This document shows, in pieces, positions 47,564 through 58,989 of a DNA stretch of 64,000 nucleotides. The DNA lies in assembly GCF_003704095.1 (NCBI RefSeq), contig NW_020844976.1:62001-126000 (forward strand). Reading direction: 5' to 3'. Position 1 is the stretch's first letter. Every line of letters starts with the position of its first letter. The translations under genes were made by a program, and so were the position numbers. The notes beneath the pieces are model-generated. The model was not told the origin of the DNA. It saw only the letters and a program-made list of their open reading frames with translations, and ran no database searches. This stretch comes from Pocillopora damicornis (lineage: Eukaryota).

Positions 47564-50500
47564 CTATTTTTGTTCCTTCTTGAGTCTCTCCTCAGCTTCT
47601 GAGGCATGAGATCTTGTTGACATCACCTCCCATTCCTGAATCATTTTTTCTTTGAGGAATTCACCATGTGGTTTGCCAACATTTATTGGAAGCAAAGCAG
47701 CATATACTGGAGTCTCTGCACCTTAAAAAAATCAATTATGGATAATGGTTGAATTATTTTATCAACAGAAAAGCATTATCATGCAACACAGTATGCATGA
47801 CAAACTTTCAGTTGGTGATGAAATTAATTCCCAAAGGTTTGTTTGCTTGTGATGTAAATGAAAGAAAGGCATAGATCACCTTCAATTTCAACAAGTGAGG
47901 GAATGAAAAAAGTATTCAAACTACACATGTAAGATAACGAGAGGAGGTAGATGTGGGGAAAATAAAAATTCAGTTGTACCTTCCTCAGGAGATTTTGTTG
48001 CTTTTGGTCCAGCCATGTCTGTGCGTACCCAGCCAGGATCACACTGCAGAATAACGAAAAACATTTTTTAGAAATTGATGAGCTCAAACCTCACTGATGT
48101 CAACAACTTAACCCTCTCACTGGAAGATCTTGGTGATTCAGAGAATTTTGTATTGGGTCAACTAAAAATCCCCTGGATTATATTTGTCTTTATTCTCATC
48201 ACTTAACTGTTTAATATTGTTTTGATACTGTAAGGAGAAATTCTGTCTTGGTCACTGATGTGAGTTAAAGGGTTAAGGAACAAAAGGTAACAAAAGCTCA
48301 CAAAAAACAAAAAAAACACTGCAAGGAAACTGAAAATCATTTCAACACTACTGCTGCACTAAGATAAGTGTAACTTCATAAAAAATCAAGACTGAGTTTA
48401 CATCCAGGACAAAAACTGTCAATTTCATGTGTCCTTTATATGTAAATGTGTAAAATGTTCCCATTGGTTTCATTTTACAAACTTCAGGCATCCATCCCAA
48501 CCTCAACAATTAACATAGCAATAGCATATAGCATATATAACATAGCATTCAATTTAATTTTCATTAATTTTAGTTTTTCCTGCCACAATCATTTGTAAAC
48601 TATCTTATATTAGCCCTTTAGAACCTCCAAGTAACCAGCATCTGACTTTGCCTTGCAGCATTACTGTTGAATCTTCATTAAGATCATGAGAATAAAAGGA
48701 ATAATTGCAAATCTAAGAGGCTTAGATTGTTTACAAAATTCCCCTTGTCATCACCAAAGGGAATGTATAGAGAACAATATGGAGAATATATATAATTTGT
48801 AGAGGGTTAAAACTATGTGGTTGTCATTGTCAGGATGGGGGGAGTGGAAGGTCACACCAAGTCAATTATGAAAAAGACACAGGAATTGACAAAGGAAATA
48901 AACATTGTAAATTAAGATGTCTGTAAATTAATTGTCAATTGCAAATTATATTATGATGATTACATTTCAAATCACTTACAGCATTGATAAGAATGTCCTC
49001 TCTAGAATCTTGTAATGTATTCCTTGCTAGAATCTTGGTTAAAGCAATTATTCCTATATGGGACATTCCATAGGCTGGAAGGCAGAAAGAAAATTAGATT
49101 CAGGAATGCCCAGTTGTTATCAGTTATTACATAGAGACTTAAAATACTGTTTGAGAGTTTGCTTTACCAGAGGTTGACCATCCCTTCTGTGAGTGTGTAC
49201 CATCCTTGACATCTCTGGAAATACATTGTATTAAAAAGAGGAAATATTCACTACAAGAAACAAATGTCCTGTGGTAATATATAGATTTTATTCTGCTTGT
49301 CGTGACCATTTTTGCCATTTATAACACTTGCAAAATTGTATTCCTCACTTCAAATGAATTCTAATTATTCTTATCAACAACATTTACTTGTTGAGTACAT
49401 GCCATTATGGATAAAAAGCTAAAAGCCAGATTTTAATTACCAAAGTAAAGAAACATTTTATCACAGTAACACATTTAACTTTTGTTACAGTATACAAATT
49501 GAGAACACAATGGTTACCAGATAGCACATTCACTTAAAGTTCTTGTTTGATAAAGCAAATTAATAGATCAATTGATCAAGCACTTACTTAACAAACTGAT
49601 CCATCAAGTTAGCAAGATTTTCTTCGGTTAATGTTGGAGAAGAGAACCTCTTCTGAAGGTCTTCTGACAGCTGAGCCAAACCTCCTAAATGGGAGGAAAT
49701 ATTCACCAACCTGGAAAATCAAAGCAAAGATACTCTCTTAGTATCAATAATCCTGAAAGACCTGGAAGTAACAACTGGAAAGACAATTTTCAATATTTAC
49801 AATGGGGACAAACTGTTAGATGGAAAGGGGAGGGGAGGGCAGGACTGGTGCCTCTCTTTTCTATCAAGTGCAGTATTTCTATGCCCTGCCCCAATTTCTT
49901 GTAGTAAAAAAATGTAACACCCCCTCCCTCTCCCTCCTCTATGGCAAGCAATAGCCATTCTTAACTTTATGTTTGATGTGCATCCTACATACTTAACTAG
50001 GATCAGCAATTTAAAAGCATGATATGTCTGAGTAGGTAATTATTCAGATAGAGCGTAGAATTTTCAGGTGTGACATGCAATATTGAAAGATGCAAATTGT
50101 CTTACTCTGTTGTTTGATAGAGGTTAAAGGAGGCTAACAGCAGTAAATAATTTGATAAATGTATCTTAAACCAACCAAGCAAAGTACCATTGGTTTCCTT
50201 TCTGCATGGGAGCTTATGATCCTTACTAACCTTGCATGTGGTTTTAAAATTGGTGACAGTGCTCTGCACACATTAAGCGTACCATGAAAGTTTGTCTGGA
50301 TAGTCACTTCAGCTTGTTCTGGAAAAGGAACTGTAGATGCCCGCTAATTAATATTCAAAAACAAAAAAAACAAATATCAATACTTCACTTTTCAGTAGAT
50401 TTATCTAAGAGGGACATCAGTTTTTTAACAGTTGATGTAGGGACATAGGATAACCCTTTTATCCCTCGGAATGATTAACATCTTATTTCTCCTTACAGAG

Positions 50501-52172
50501 CTGCCCTTAATCAAGCATTTAGGTAATGAGAATAAAGGTAATGATCACTTATGAAAGGGGCTCTAGATCATAAAAAAAAATTCTCCATGTCAATACCATA
50601 GAATATTAGGGTGTAAAGAGGGTTTAACACCTAGCATTATAGCTTAATACCAAGCTTATGATGTGTCCTCAGGTATAGATGCTTTACAGGCACCAATGCT
50701 GAAATATATGTAATACACAATAATTCTGAGCTTGATTCTCAAGTATTTCTCCTCACAACCTAACCCTATCACTCCTAAGATCTCATTAGTAATTCTCCTT
50801 ACTGTATACCATACAATTCTTATGATTTTTCTTCAGAGAATTTGGTATTTGATCAACTTATAATTTACTTATAAGTTATAATATTTTCCTTTATTTCTCA
50901 TCACTTGTCCACTTGATATTCTATTGATATGGAAAGGAAAAATTCTGTCTTGATCATTTGCAGGAGTTTTAGGGTTAACGCTTGTTTCAACCCACCTTAA
51001 AAGCTATCCCGGCATTATTTACAAGAAGATCCAATCCACCATATTGCTCCATGAGATGTTTCTTTATTCTCTCAATGCTTTCTGGTGAAACAATATCCAA
51101 CTGATGAAATACAGGTGAAGCACCTTCAGTGCTTAGTTGTTTGACAGCTTCCAGTCCTCTTTGTTCATCTCTTGCTAAAAGCAAAGTTGTCAGCCAGTCA
51201 AAATGATACAAAACCTTCTGCAGGTAAGGATTATAGATTGACCTAAAAATTAGGTTTCTGATTTTTGGCTGGAAATCTTGTTAAAGTGAAGTACTGTATG
51301 CATCAGATTGGGCTGCTACTCTGATCCACATCAGGTGTTACCAAGTATAAGGAGTCTCATGAATGAGACCAAACAACAAACTTTCCCTCATCCTCTTATC
51401 TCCTTAGCACCAGCCTCAGCATGTCACACAATGCCCCCCCCTCCTCCCCCCGGCAGTAAATCTTAAAAAAATGTCCATACAGGAGAATCCTCAGCCTCCA
51501 GTACGTGAGCTGGGTGTCCTGTGGACTGATCATCCCTAAAAACCATCAGATAACAGAAAACCAGTGGACCTATAATTTTTTTTCTCTGTGGGCAATGTTG
51601 CCCTTCATCTGGATTTACAGAGTATAATGCAGTTGTGCAAAAGCCAAAAGAATGTTTAGGAACCAACCAAATGAAAAGTGCCCATTATTTAATTTCCATT
51701 CCCTAATTAACCCTTTTCACGCCCATGAATGACCAAGAGAGACTTTCTCCTAACAATATCACCTAAGGGATTGTTAGTCGATCCAATACCACGTCCTCCA
51801 AATGAACATTATAGGAATTGTATGGCCGACAGTAAGGAGAATTACTAAAAATCAGATCTTAGGAGTGAAAAGGTCAAGAAATTATTATTTTGTTTAGGTT
51901 AAGGTTATTTTAAGAAGAACTGACCACCTGTTAAAATAACAGTTCCAGAAAATTCTCTACACAACTTTTTGACTATAGCAAATCCTATTCCCTTGTTAGC
52001 ACCGGTAACCTGCAGATTGAATGAAACTTCGTGTTTTGTAGTTTAGAATACTATCAACAAAAAATGAGATTCTCGAGAAGGCTTTAAACTTAACGAATCA
52101 AACTGAATTGCCGAAAAGATTTCCTTATGTAAAGAGTTAAAAAGAATCACTACTCACAACCGCAACTCGCAT
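47564..52172 (-). CDS. Carbonyl reductase 1-like SDR (CBR-B) with atypical YxxxH active site, 9 exons, ~291 aa
   Basis: Exons 52172-52158, 52009-51928, 51174-50996, 50343-50231, 49710-49588, 49214-49168, 49074-48980, 48043-47980, 47721-47564. Motifs: TGANKGIG, LVNNAG, LVNISS, AYGMSHIG, CDPGWVRTDMAG. Confidence 0.9.
48108..48276. mobile_element. piggyBac-like MITE (related subfamily)
   Basis: TTAACCCTCTCACT...GAGTTAAAGGGTTAA. Similar elements lie at ~48610-48811 and ~50450-50628. Confidence 0.65.
50761..50978. mobile_element. piggyBac-like MITE (related subfamily)
   Basis: TAACCCTATCACTCCTAAGATCTC...GGAGTTTAGGGTTAA. A partial copy lies at 53474-53605. Confidence 0.7.
51707..51877. mobile_element. 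piggyBac-like MITE (related subfamily)
   Basis: TTAACCCTTTTCAC...GGAGTGAAAAGGTCAA. Shares CAGTAAGGAGAATT with the element at 54545-54733. Confidence 0.6.
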
Positions 52173-52254
52173 ATTTGGAGACTTTTTCAAGGTTCACTCA
52201 AAAAAGGATTGGACACTAATAGCACAAATGGGGATCGAGATGGTTGGTTAGGAC

Positions 52255-52681
52255 AGGGAGGTACTAAAACATGGAACGACCTAAAACCACCTAAAACCAC
52301 CTACAACCACCTACAACCATCTACAACCACCTCAAAAATTTCAACAACGACCTATTATAGGATATCGACCGAATTATAAAAAATATAATTGGCATGCTCT
52401 CGCATTTCATTTCGTGAGATGGTTGATTATACATGGGACCAGGGAGAGTAAGATTTCAGGGGGAGGTGGAGGTTTCGTTCCATTCTCGTATTTCATGTAC
52501 GTGACATGTTGTCGTTTCGCCTTATTTAAGACATTTATGCTTTGTTTTTGATAGTTTTAGATAGTTTTCGAGTGGCTGTAGATGTTTTTGAGGTGGTTGT
52601 AGGTCGTTGTTGAAATTTTTGAGGTGTAGGTTGTAGGTGGTTTTAGGTGGTTTTGGGTCGTTCCATGTTTTAGTACTTACC
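52255..52681. mobile_element. Mutator-like MITE with ~95-bp TIRs and a 9-bp TSD between CBR-B and CBR-C
   Basis: TIR GTACTAAAACATGGAACGACCTAAAACCACCTAAAACCACCTACAACC...CTCAAAAATTTCAACAACGACCTA, with its reverse complement at ~52599-52676. TSD GGTTAGGAC at 52246-52254 and 52682-52690. Confidence 0.88.
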
Positions 52682-52948
52682 GGTTAGGACTTAGTTAACA
52701 GTGGTTGTGGTTAAAAAAAGAAAAGTTCCCCATTGCATTTGTAACTCTTCTTATAACAACGTTAGCAAATAAATCTTAGAAATCACAAGTAGAACAAGGC
52801 ATTTGTCTCATTGAAAAGAAAGGCAGACCAAACTATCTATCCTCTCACCCCTCCCTTTTTTTTTGCCTTTTTGCGACCGATGCTGCACAAATGGTACCCA
52901 GTCTTTAGGCAGTTTCACACATCACCTTGACGAAACAAAGTGGTCGAC

Positions 52949-55900
52949 ATGTCTTCCTCAAAAGTTGCAGTGGTAAGCTCATTTAACTTTAGAATTTCAG
53001 TATTTCTCCTCGAATCATGGCCACCTATGCAGCTAAGTGCAAAACTTAGGTAGATGCGCGCCCCTTGATGATAGACCAGGGTACTGTTTGCGATGATGTC
53101 AATCGTGCAAAAACCTAGCTACATACCTGATATGTTACCGACTGAGTTCGTGTTTTGTGCTACACTAATGATATTTCAGTCGACAGGGACCACGCTTCAG
53201 AGCCCAAGTTTCAGTATTCTTATCGTTTATGTTTTTATGTGCAACTTTGGTATTTTAAGACGAGAACCATGTGGGAACTGAATTCAACAAAACTGAAAAT
53301 CGAATAATTTCTTTAAGTGTCATTCTCGATTTTAGATTTTTATTTACCTTGCAATTTTCCTCCTAAAAAATATTTAGCTGTTAATTCTAGCTTTGAGTGA
53401 TAATAGTACAGCTACAATTAATTGCTTTCTCTTTTAGTGGGAAGGTTGGGGGCTGGTTTATGAATCCATCAGTTTAACCCTTCAACTCCCAAGATCTCAT
53501 AAGTAATTCTCCTTGCTGTCTGCCAAATTATTCTCATTATGTTAGTCTAGAGAATTTGGTATTGGATCAATTAGTAATCCAATAATTGACATTTTTCTTT
53601 ATTTCTAATCTTGTAGGTTACTGGTGCCAATAAAGGCATAGGTTATGCTATTGTTCAAAGACTCTGCAAAGAATTCCCAGGAACAGTAATTTTGACAGGT
53701 ACACTTTTAGACAGAAATGCTTTGGTAATCTGATGTGAGCTGATTGGTCAGTTTAGCCTTGATGTGGTTGGCTATAAGATTCAAATGGTATTGTTTTGTC
53801 ATTTCTTCTTTAACAGCACGAGATGAGCAAAGAGGCAAGGAGGCTGTCAAACAATTAAGTGGTGAAGGACTCACAGTGTCATTTCACCAGTTAGACATTG
53901 TTTCATTAGAAAGCATTGAAAAGTTTAGAAAGTTCGTTCAGGAACAGTATGGTGGCATTGATGTTCTTGTTAACAATGCAGCAATAGCCTACAAGGTCTG
54001 TTGATGCCTTTTGTTTTCCTATAGTTTTCAATTAGAAGGATGATACAGGGGCTTTTATTTGGTGTCTTAAGTTAATCATTTTAACTTTTGTACATGATGA
54101 CGATGTTACTTTCAACATTTCACCAGAGTGGAAAAGCCAGACAGGAAAAATTTTGGCCATGTTATCCAACCCAACCTTTCTCAGTCAAACAATATACTCT
54201 ATGACTGCTACTTTACCTCTTTCTTCATTTTTACTTTTCTCTTTCTTCTCACCTTTCCATAAATTGAGCTATGAGACTTTTAGCAGCTCTGCTGGTTTCA
54301 TCTTGCACAGCCCTCAAATTGTGATTTTTACTGTTTTTCAATAAAGCAAGCCCCAGGCCATATGCTCATGTGTTTATTACGATAATTGCTATTTTTGTTT
54401 TCGCAGATGGCATCTACAGCTCCATTTACAGAACAGGTTGAAGTGACTCTGCGCACAAACTTTCAGGGCACTCTTGACGTCTGCCGTGCACTTTTCCCTC
54501 TTTTGAGACCACATGCAAGGTAACATCTCTTTTGCTTTATGTAAGCTCTTTCACTCTCAGGTTCAACCAAGAAGTACACTTTCATGTAGACAGGTGATGA
54601 GATTAAAGACAAATATAGACTAGAGGTGATTACGTTAATTATATTAACAGAATTCTCATAACTGATATCAGAAATAATGAGTGCCAGACAGTAAGGAGAA
54701 TTGATATGGAGAATTTAGGAGTGAAAGAGTTAATTGCTAGAAGCATATTCATGAAGTAATAATGTTGTGAATCTAACCAAATTTTATTACAACACACTTC
54801 TTTCAACCATAGTTTGCCAAATCTTGCAGAAAATTTTGTTGTCAGGACAACAACAAAGTTGGTCTGATATCACAAATCAATTCTGTGTGAGCTGTTTTTT
54901 TTTGGGATAACTTATTATTCTTGATATGAATTCTTATTTTCAAGGGTAGTGAATGTGTCCTCCAGGGCTGGACGTTTGGCTCAGGTATCAAAAGAAATTC
55001 AAGAGAAGTTTACTTCTCCAACTTTGACTGAAGAAGGCCTTATTTCCTTGCTGGATCAGTTTATGCAGTAAGTTTGCTTGATGTGTAACTTTCCTACTGA
55101 CTCTACCTTAGAAGCTCAGTATCTAACTTTGAGGATTATTTTAATCATCTTACATTTTTCTTTGCATATAGAATTTCCTTGAGTAAGTGCCCAAGCACCT
55201 AGTCATAATTTTAGTACTTATTAGAAGGAGAGCACTTGTTGAAGGGTGGGAAAATTAAAAAAATTTGAAACCTTTTCTGATTCCGTAGTGGTGGAAACCT
55301 TAAAAGTTATGATTATAGTAGTAGTAGAGGCAGGTTTTCCTTGCATCCCTGTTATTTTAGAAAGTGAAGGAAGAGGAGGGCACTTATTTGAGAGAGGTGT
55401 TTTTATTTGATATTATGGCCAAAGGGAAGGGCACTTATCAGGCTGCAGGCACTTATTCAAGGAAGTATGGTTTATGGAAAATTATCATATTTGTCAACTT
55501 TGAATTGAGAGATTAAAATACATTTAACTCATTATTGCTCTTTAGAGATGTAAAGGATGGCGTCCATAAGCAGAAAGGATGGTCCAACTCAGGTGAGATA
55601 TTATGGAATCATGCTGTATTCTCTTTCGTTCTTCTTGATATATTACATCTAGTTTGAAATCAATAGTGATTAATAATGGTAATTGAACTGAGTGGAGTGC
55701 AATTTGGGCTGAAATCATACGCATGATTTCCAAATAGAACAAGCACATAGTGCAAGTTCGATTTGAAATCACAAGTATGATTTCAGACCAAAACTGCATG
55801 ACACGAGGTTCAATTACCACTTTATTGCATCCATTTTGAAATCACCCAAATACAGGACTTGGTCAGTTCAAATATTTTATTGATGCAGTACTAAGCCGGT

Positions 55901-57210
55901 CTGAAATTAAATTCATCCATTTTTTGGGGGGAAAAAAGTAAGAGTTTTGGAAAAAAAGTTGCAAATTTGCCACATGATACTCTTTGTCTTTCATTTTCCT
56001 GCAATTTGATTGGTTACTTTAAACAAGCCTTGAAATCTGCTGGTTTTTTTGTTGTTAGTGTAGCCTCCTCATTGGCTGGGAAAAATATGCAATTTGAAGC
56101 AAAAAATGGTGCGATTCATGAATAAATTGCATCAATTAGAGCCAATCAGATTACAGGGACCACCAGTGATTTCAAAATGGGTGTAACAAATGCAATTATA
56201 CTGGTTGTCAGCAGTGCAAGTTACTCACATTTATAAAACTCCAGATGAGGGTAATTAGCCTTTAGAAACCCTTCATGCACTCCACTCACTTTCCTTATCA
56301 TTATGTATTGGTATGCTTGAGAATCTTCTATATGATGATAGAGTGCTTTTGATCCACAGCTTATGGTACATCAAAAATAGGTTTGACAGCTCTTAGCAAG
56401 ATACAGGCGAGGGCATTGACAACAGATCCGAGGGAGGACATTTTATTAAATGCTGTGAGCAGATTTCACTGATTATTTTCTCTGCTTTTGATTCAGTGTG
56501 ACCATTGATTAAGATTGATTAATCTTTCTATTAATTTATTTTTGGGTTGGAGTAGTGTTGTCCTGGATGGGTGCGGACTGATATGGCTGGACCAAAGGCT
56601 CCCAAAAGTCCTGATGAGGGTAAGTATTCAAAAAACATCTCATGGCAATTAAATTTCTCTTTTATTAAGGTAAAAAAAGCTGTCCAGTATATTGCCTTGC
56701 TTTTGGCCATTTTTAATTTCAGTTTTAATTTTTAGTTTCTATGTTGATCCCTTTTGTAATATCTTTAGTTAACAATTTTCACAAAATTGTTTAGTCTCAT
56801 GGGATATTTACTTCCAAGTGAGCCATTTGTTTAGATGCTGTAACTTTTGTATGTATTGAATAGTGTAGCAGCTTAACTGTTACTTTTTATGAACCTTTCT
56901 TGACTAAAGCCTGCTTAAACTATCAATAAATAGCAAAATTATTCAGGTGTCTTTGCTAACATTTTTCTCTATGGAAAATCAAAAAGGAAGTAATCAACAG
57001 AATTTTTTTTGGCCACAAACTGGGTAACATACCATTACTGTTTCTCTGATTCTTCAATTTATAACATGCAATTAATTTTTTGGATAAAGTAAATTGGACT
57101 TGTCTTCTTTTTCAGGTGCAGAAACACCTGTCTACCTTGCCCTCTTGCCACCAAATGTTGGCAAACCTCATGGGGAGTTTGTTGCTGAGAAGGCTGTGCA
57201 TGAGTGGTAA
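52949..57210 (+). CDS. CBR1: Carbonyl reductase [NADPH] 1-like SDR (CBR-C), canonical, 9 exons, ~273 aa
   Basis: Exons 52949-52972, 53617-53698, 53817-53995, 54407-54519, 54945-55067, 55546-55592, 56360-56454, 56556-56619, 57116-57210. Motifs: TGANKGIG, LVNNAAIAYK, RVVNVSS, AYGTSKIG, ILLNACCPGWVRTDMAGPKA, GAETPVYLALLPP. Confidence 0.93.
55673..56190. mobile_element. Interspersed repeat beginning with a ~150-bp imperfect hairpin
   Basis: TGGTAATTGAAC...CTGAAATCATAC...ATGATTTCCAAATAGAAC pairs with GTTCGATTTGAAATCA...GTATGATTTCAG...GTTCAATTACCA (55673-55826). The right boundary is approximate. Confidence 0.6.
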
Positions 57211-58169
57211 CCCAGTGCACATCAATAGTAACCTAGTAACCTGCCTGCGCACACTTCAGAAGAGAAGTGCCAACCTGTCATCCTGTGGCTAAATAAGAAA
57301 AAGGCCACTATTTAATGCAAAAAATATGTTGCAATATATATCCATAGACATTATTTCATTGCACAAAATTGGGTTATTGTTTTTAAATCACTCTTGTCTC
57401 TTTCATACCTTTATCTGTGGCAGAAAGTAAATGTGGAACAAGCAATTATTTTAGAGGTGTCTTTGCATGGAAACTTTGTAGTTTGTCAGAAGAATTGGTA
57501 AATAATTTTCTTTTTAGTGGTTTCAAATTGTTTCAGTGTCAAAGAAAAGGTAGATAGTCCATTGTAGTGCAGGGTTCTTAACTAGTCTTTATCAATTAAA
57601 CAGATGTACCAGTAGTTGTAACAGGCTGTTAGTTTTTAAAAGAATTGCCAATAATGTTGTGATGTGATTAGGGAATGATATTGTCAAAGAGAATAAAACT
57701 AGCAATAAATAGTAGATGATGATAAGAGATGATAAATTATTTGATTGCATATTTTGTCTTGTTTGTAGATGTACTACTTCTTTTCTTTGTTAGCCAACAC
57801 ATGCAACACATTCCTTTGTCAATTGCTTAAGGCTAGAAAATCATTGATAAAGAACATATTCAGTTGATTTAGTTTTCATACCAATCCTCCTAGATGTTCA
57901 AATGCATGGCTGCATTACAATCCTTTAATATGTGATTTGCACTTGTGCAAGTTCTCCCAGAACATCTGGTTGCCTGTAGAAGGTCAAAAGTCTGAAAGAA
58001 AATAATCACTTTATGTTTTAACTCTTAGATAATCATAATCTTTCTTAATAAAAAGGGTTGCACTTTTATCAGGTTTCTCTTTTTCTTAAGTTCGTTAATC
58101 ATTTACTGATTTTAAGGAAGTTAATATAGTTCCTTTTATCTCTCCCACCTTCCCCCTCTCTACACTCAT

Positions 58170-58550
58170 TTCTGTCCCATTTCAGACGCTATTATCCCAT
58201 TTTGGACGCCTCCAATCTATTTCAGGCACGTGCGTCCGATCTTCGATACACTCAAGAGACAAATTTTAAACAATTACGCTAAATTTCGTTTTCTTTCGTC
58301 CGCTTTTGGACGTTATTATTGTCCCATTTCGATCAGTTCCGTCCAGTTTCGGGCTCTTCCTTCCATTTTCGGACATCATTGTTTGATTTCAAACGCAACT
58401 GTCCGATGTCGTTCGCGTCCGTCTGATCTCCGACGCTTCCGCCATTTTCGGATGGTTTCGTCTGATTTCGGACGCTTCCGTCCGATTTTATACGGTACCG
58501 TCTGATTCCGGACGCCATCGTCTTATTTCGAACGCATCCGCCCGATGTCT
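58170..58550. repeat. Degenerate ~20-bp minisatellite with a palindromic unit (consensus CGTCCGATTTCGGACGCTTC)
   Basis: About 17 units in two blocks, e.g. CGTCTGATTTCGGACGCTTC, CGTCTGATTCCGGACGCCAT, CGTCTTATTTCGAACGCATC. Confidence 0.8.
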
Positions 58551-58989
58551 CACTTTTGTTACATACTAAAAGAATGGATAGCGTTAAAAGGCGCGCTACA
58601 CTCCAAATATCCTTCACCTCCGAACAACGCGTGCAAGATTTGCCGAAAATATTGTAATCGTTACGGGAATATATGAGTTAAAATCACTATTTTAGTATGT
58701 ACTAAACATTCACCATCCTTCCAGTAGGTAGTGGTGAAAATTTGCCTCGCCATACCGACACTGCATAAAGGAAACGCCCACAGCTTAGTAGCCTGGTATT
58801 TTGTTAAATGCCTGGCTACTGTATAATTAGTTTGCCATGGCTGCCGGACTCTCGCGTCCCCGGTGTCAAATTTGGTGACAGAGAAATTGACCGTTCTCTC
58901 GTTTTGTTTCTTCTGGTCGAAACATCCTTAGGTTGGAAATATAATTCGACGAAGAAGAAAATAATTTTCTTCAAAATCTAAAGTTGGCC

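Noticed and set aside
52270-52355. Short direct repeats that superficially resemble a CRISPR or iteron array
   Set aside because: There are no unique spacers, the units are subrepeats of a MITE TIR, and the context is eukaryotic.
58170-58617. ORFs 58230-58505 and 58333-58617, and CRISPR-like palindromic repeats
   Set aside because: The ORFs stay open only because of the GC-rich minisatellite. The units are contiguous and degenerate, with no spacers.
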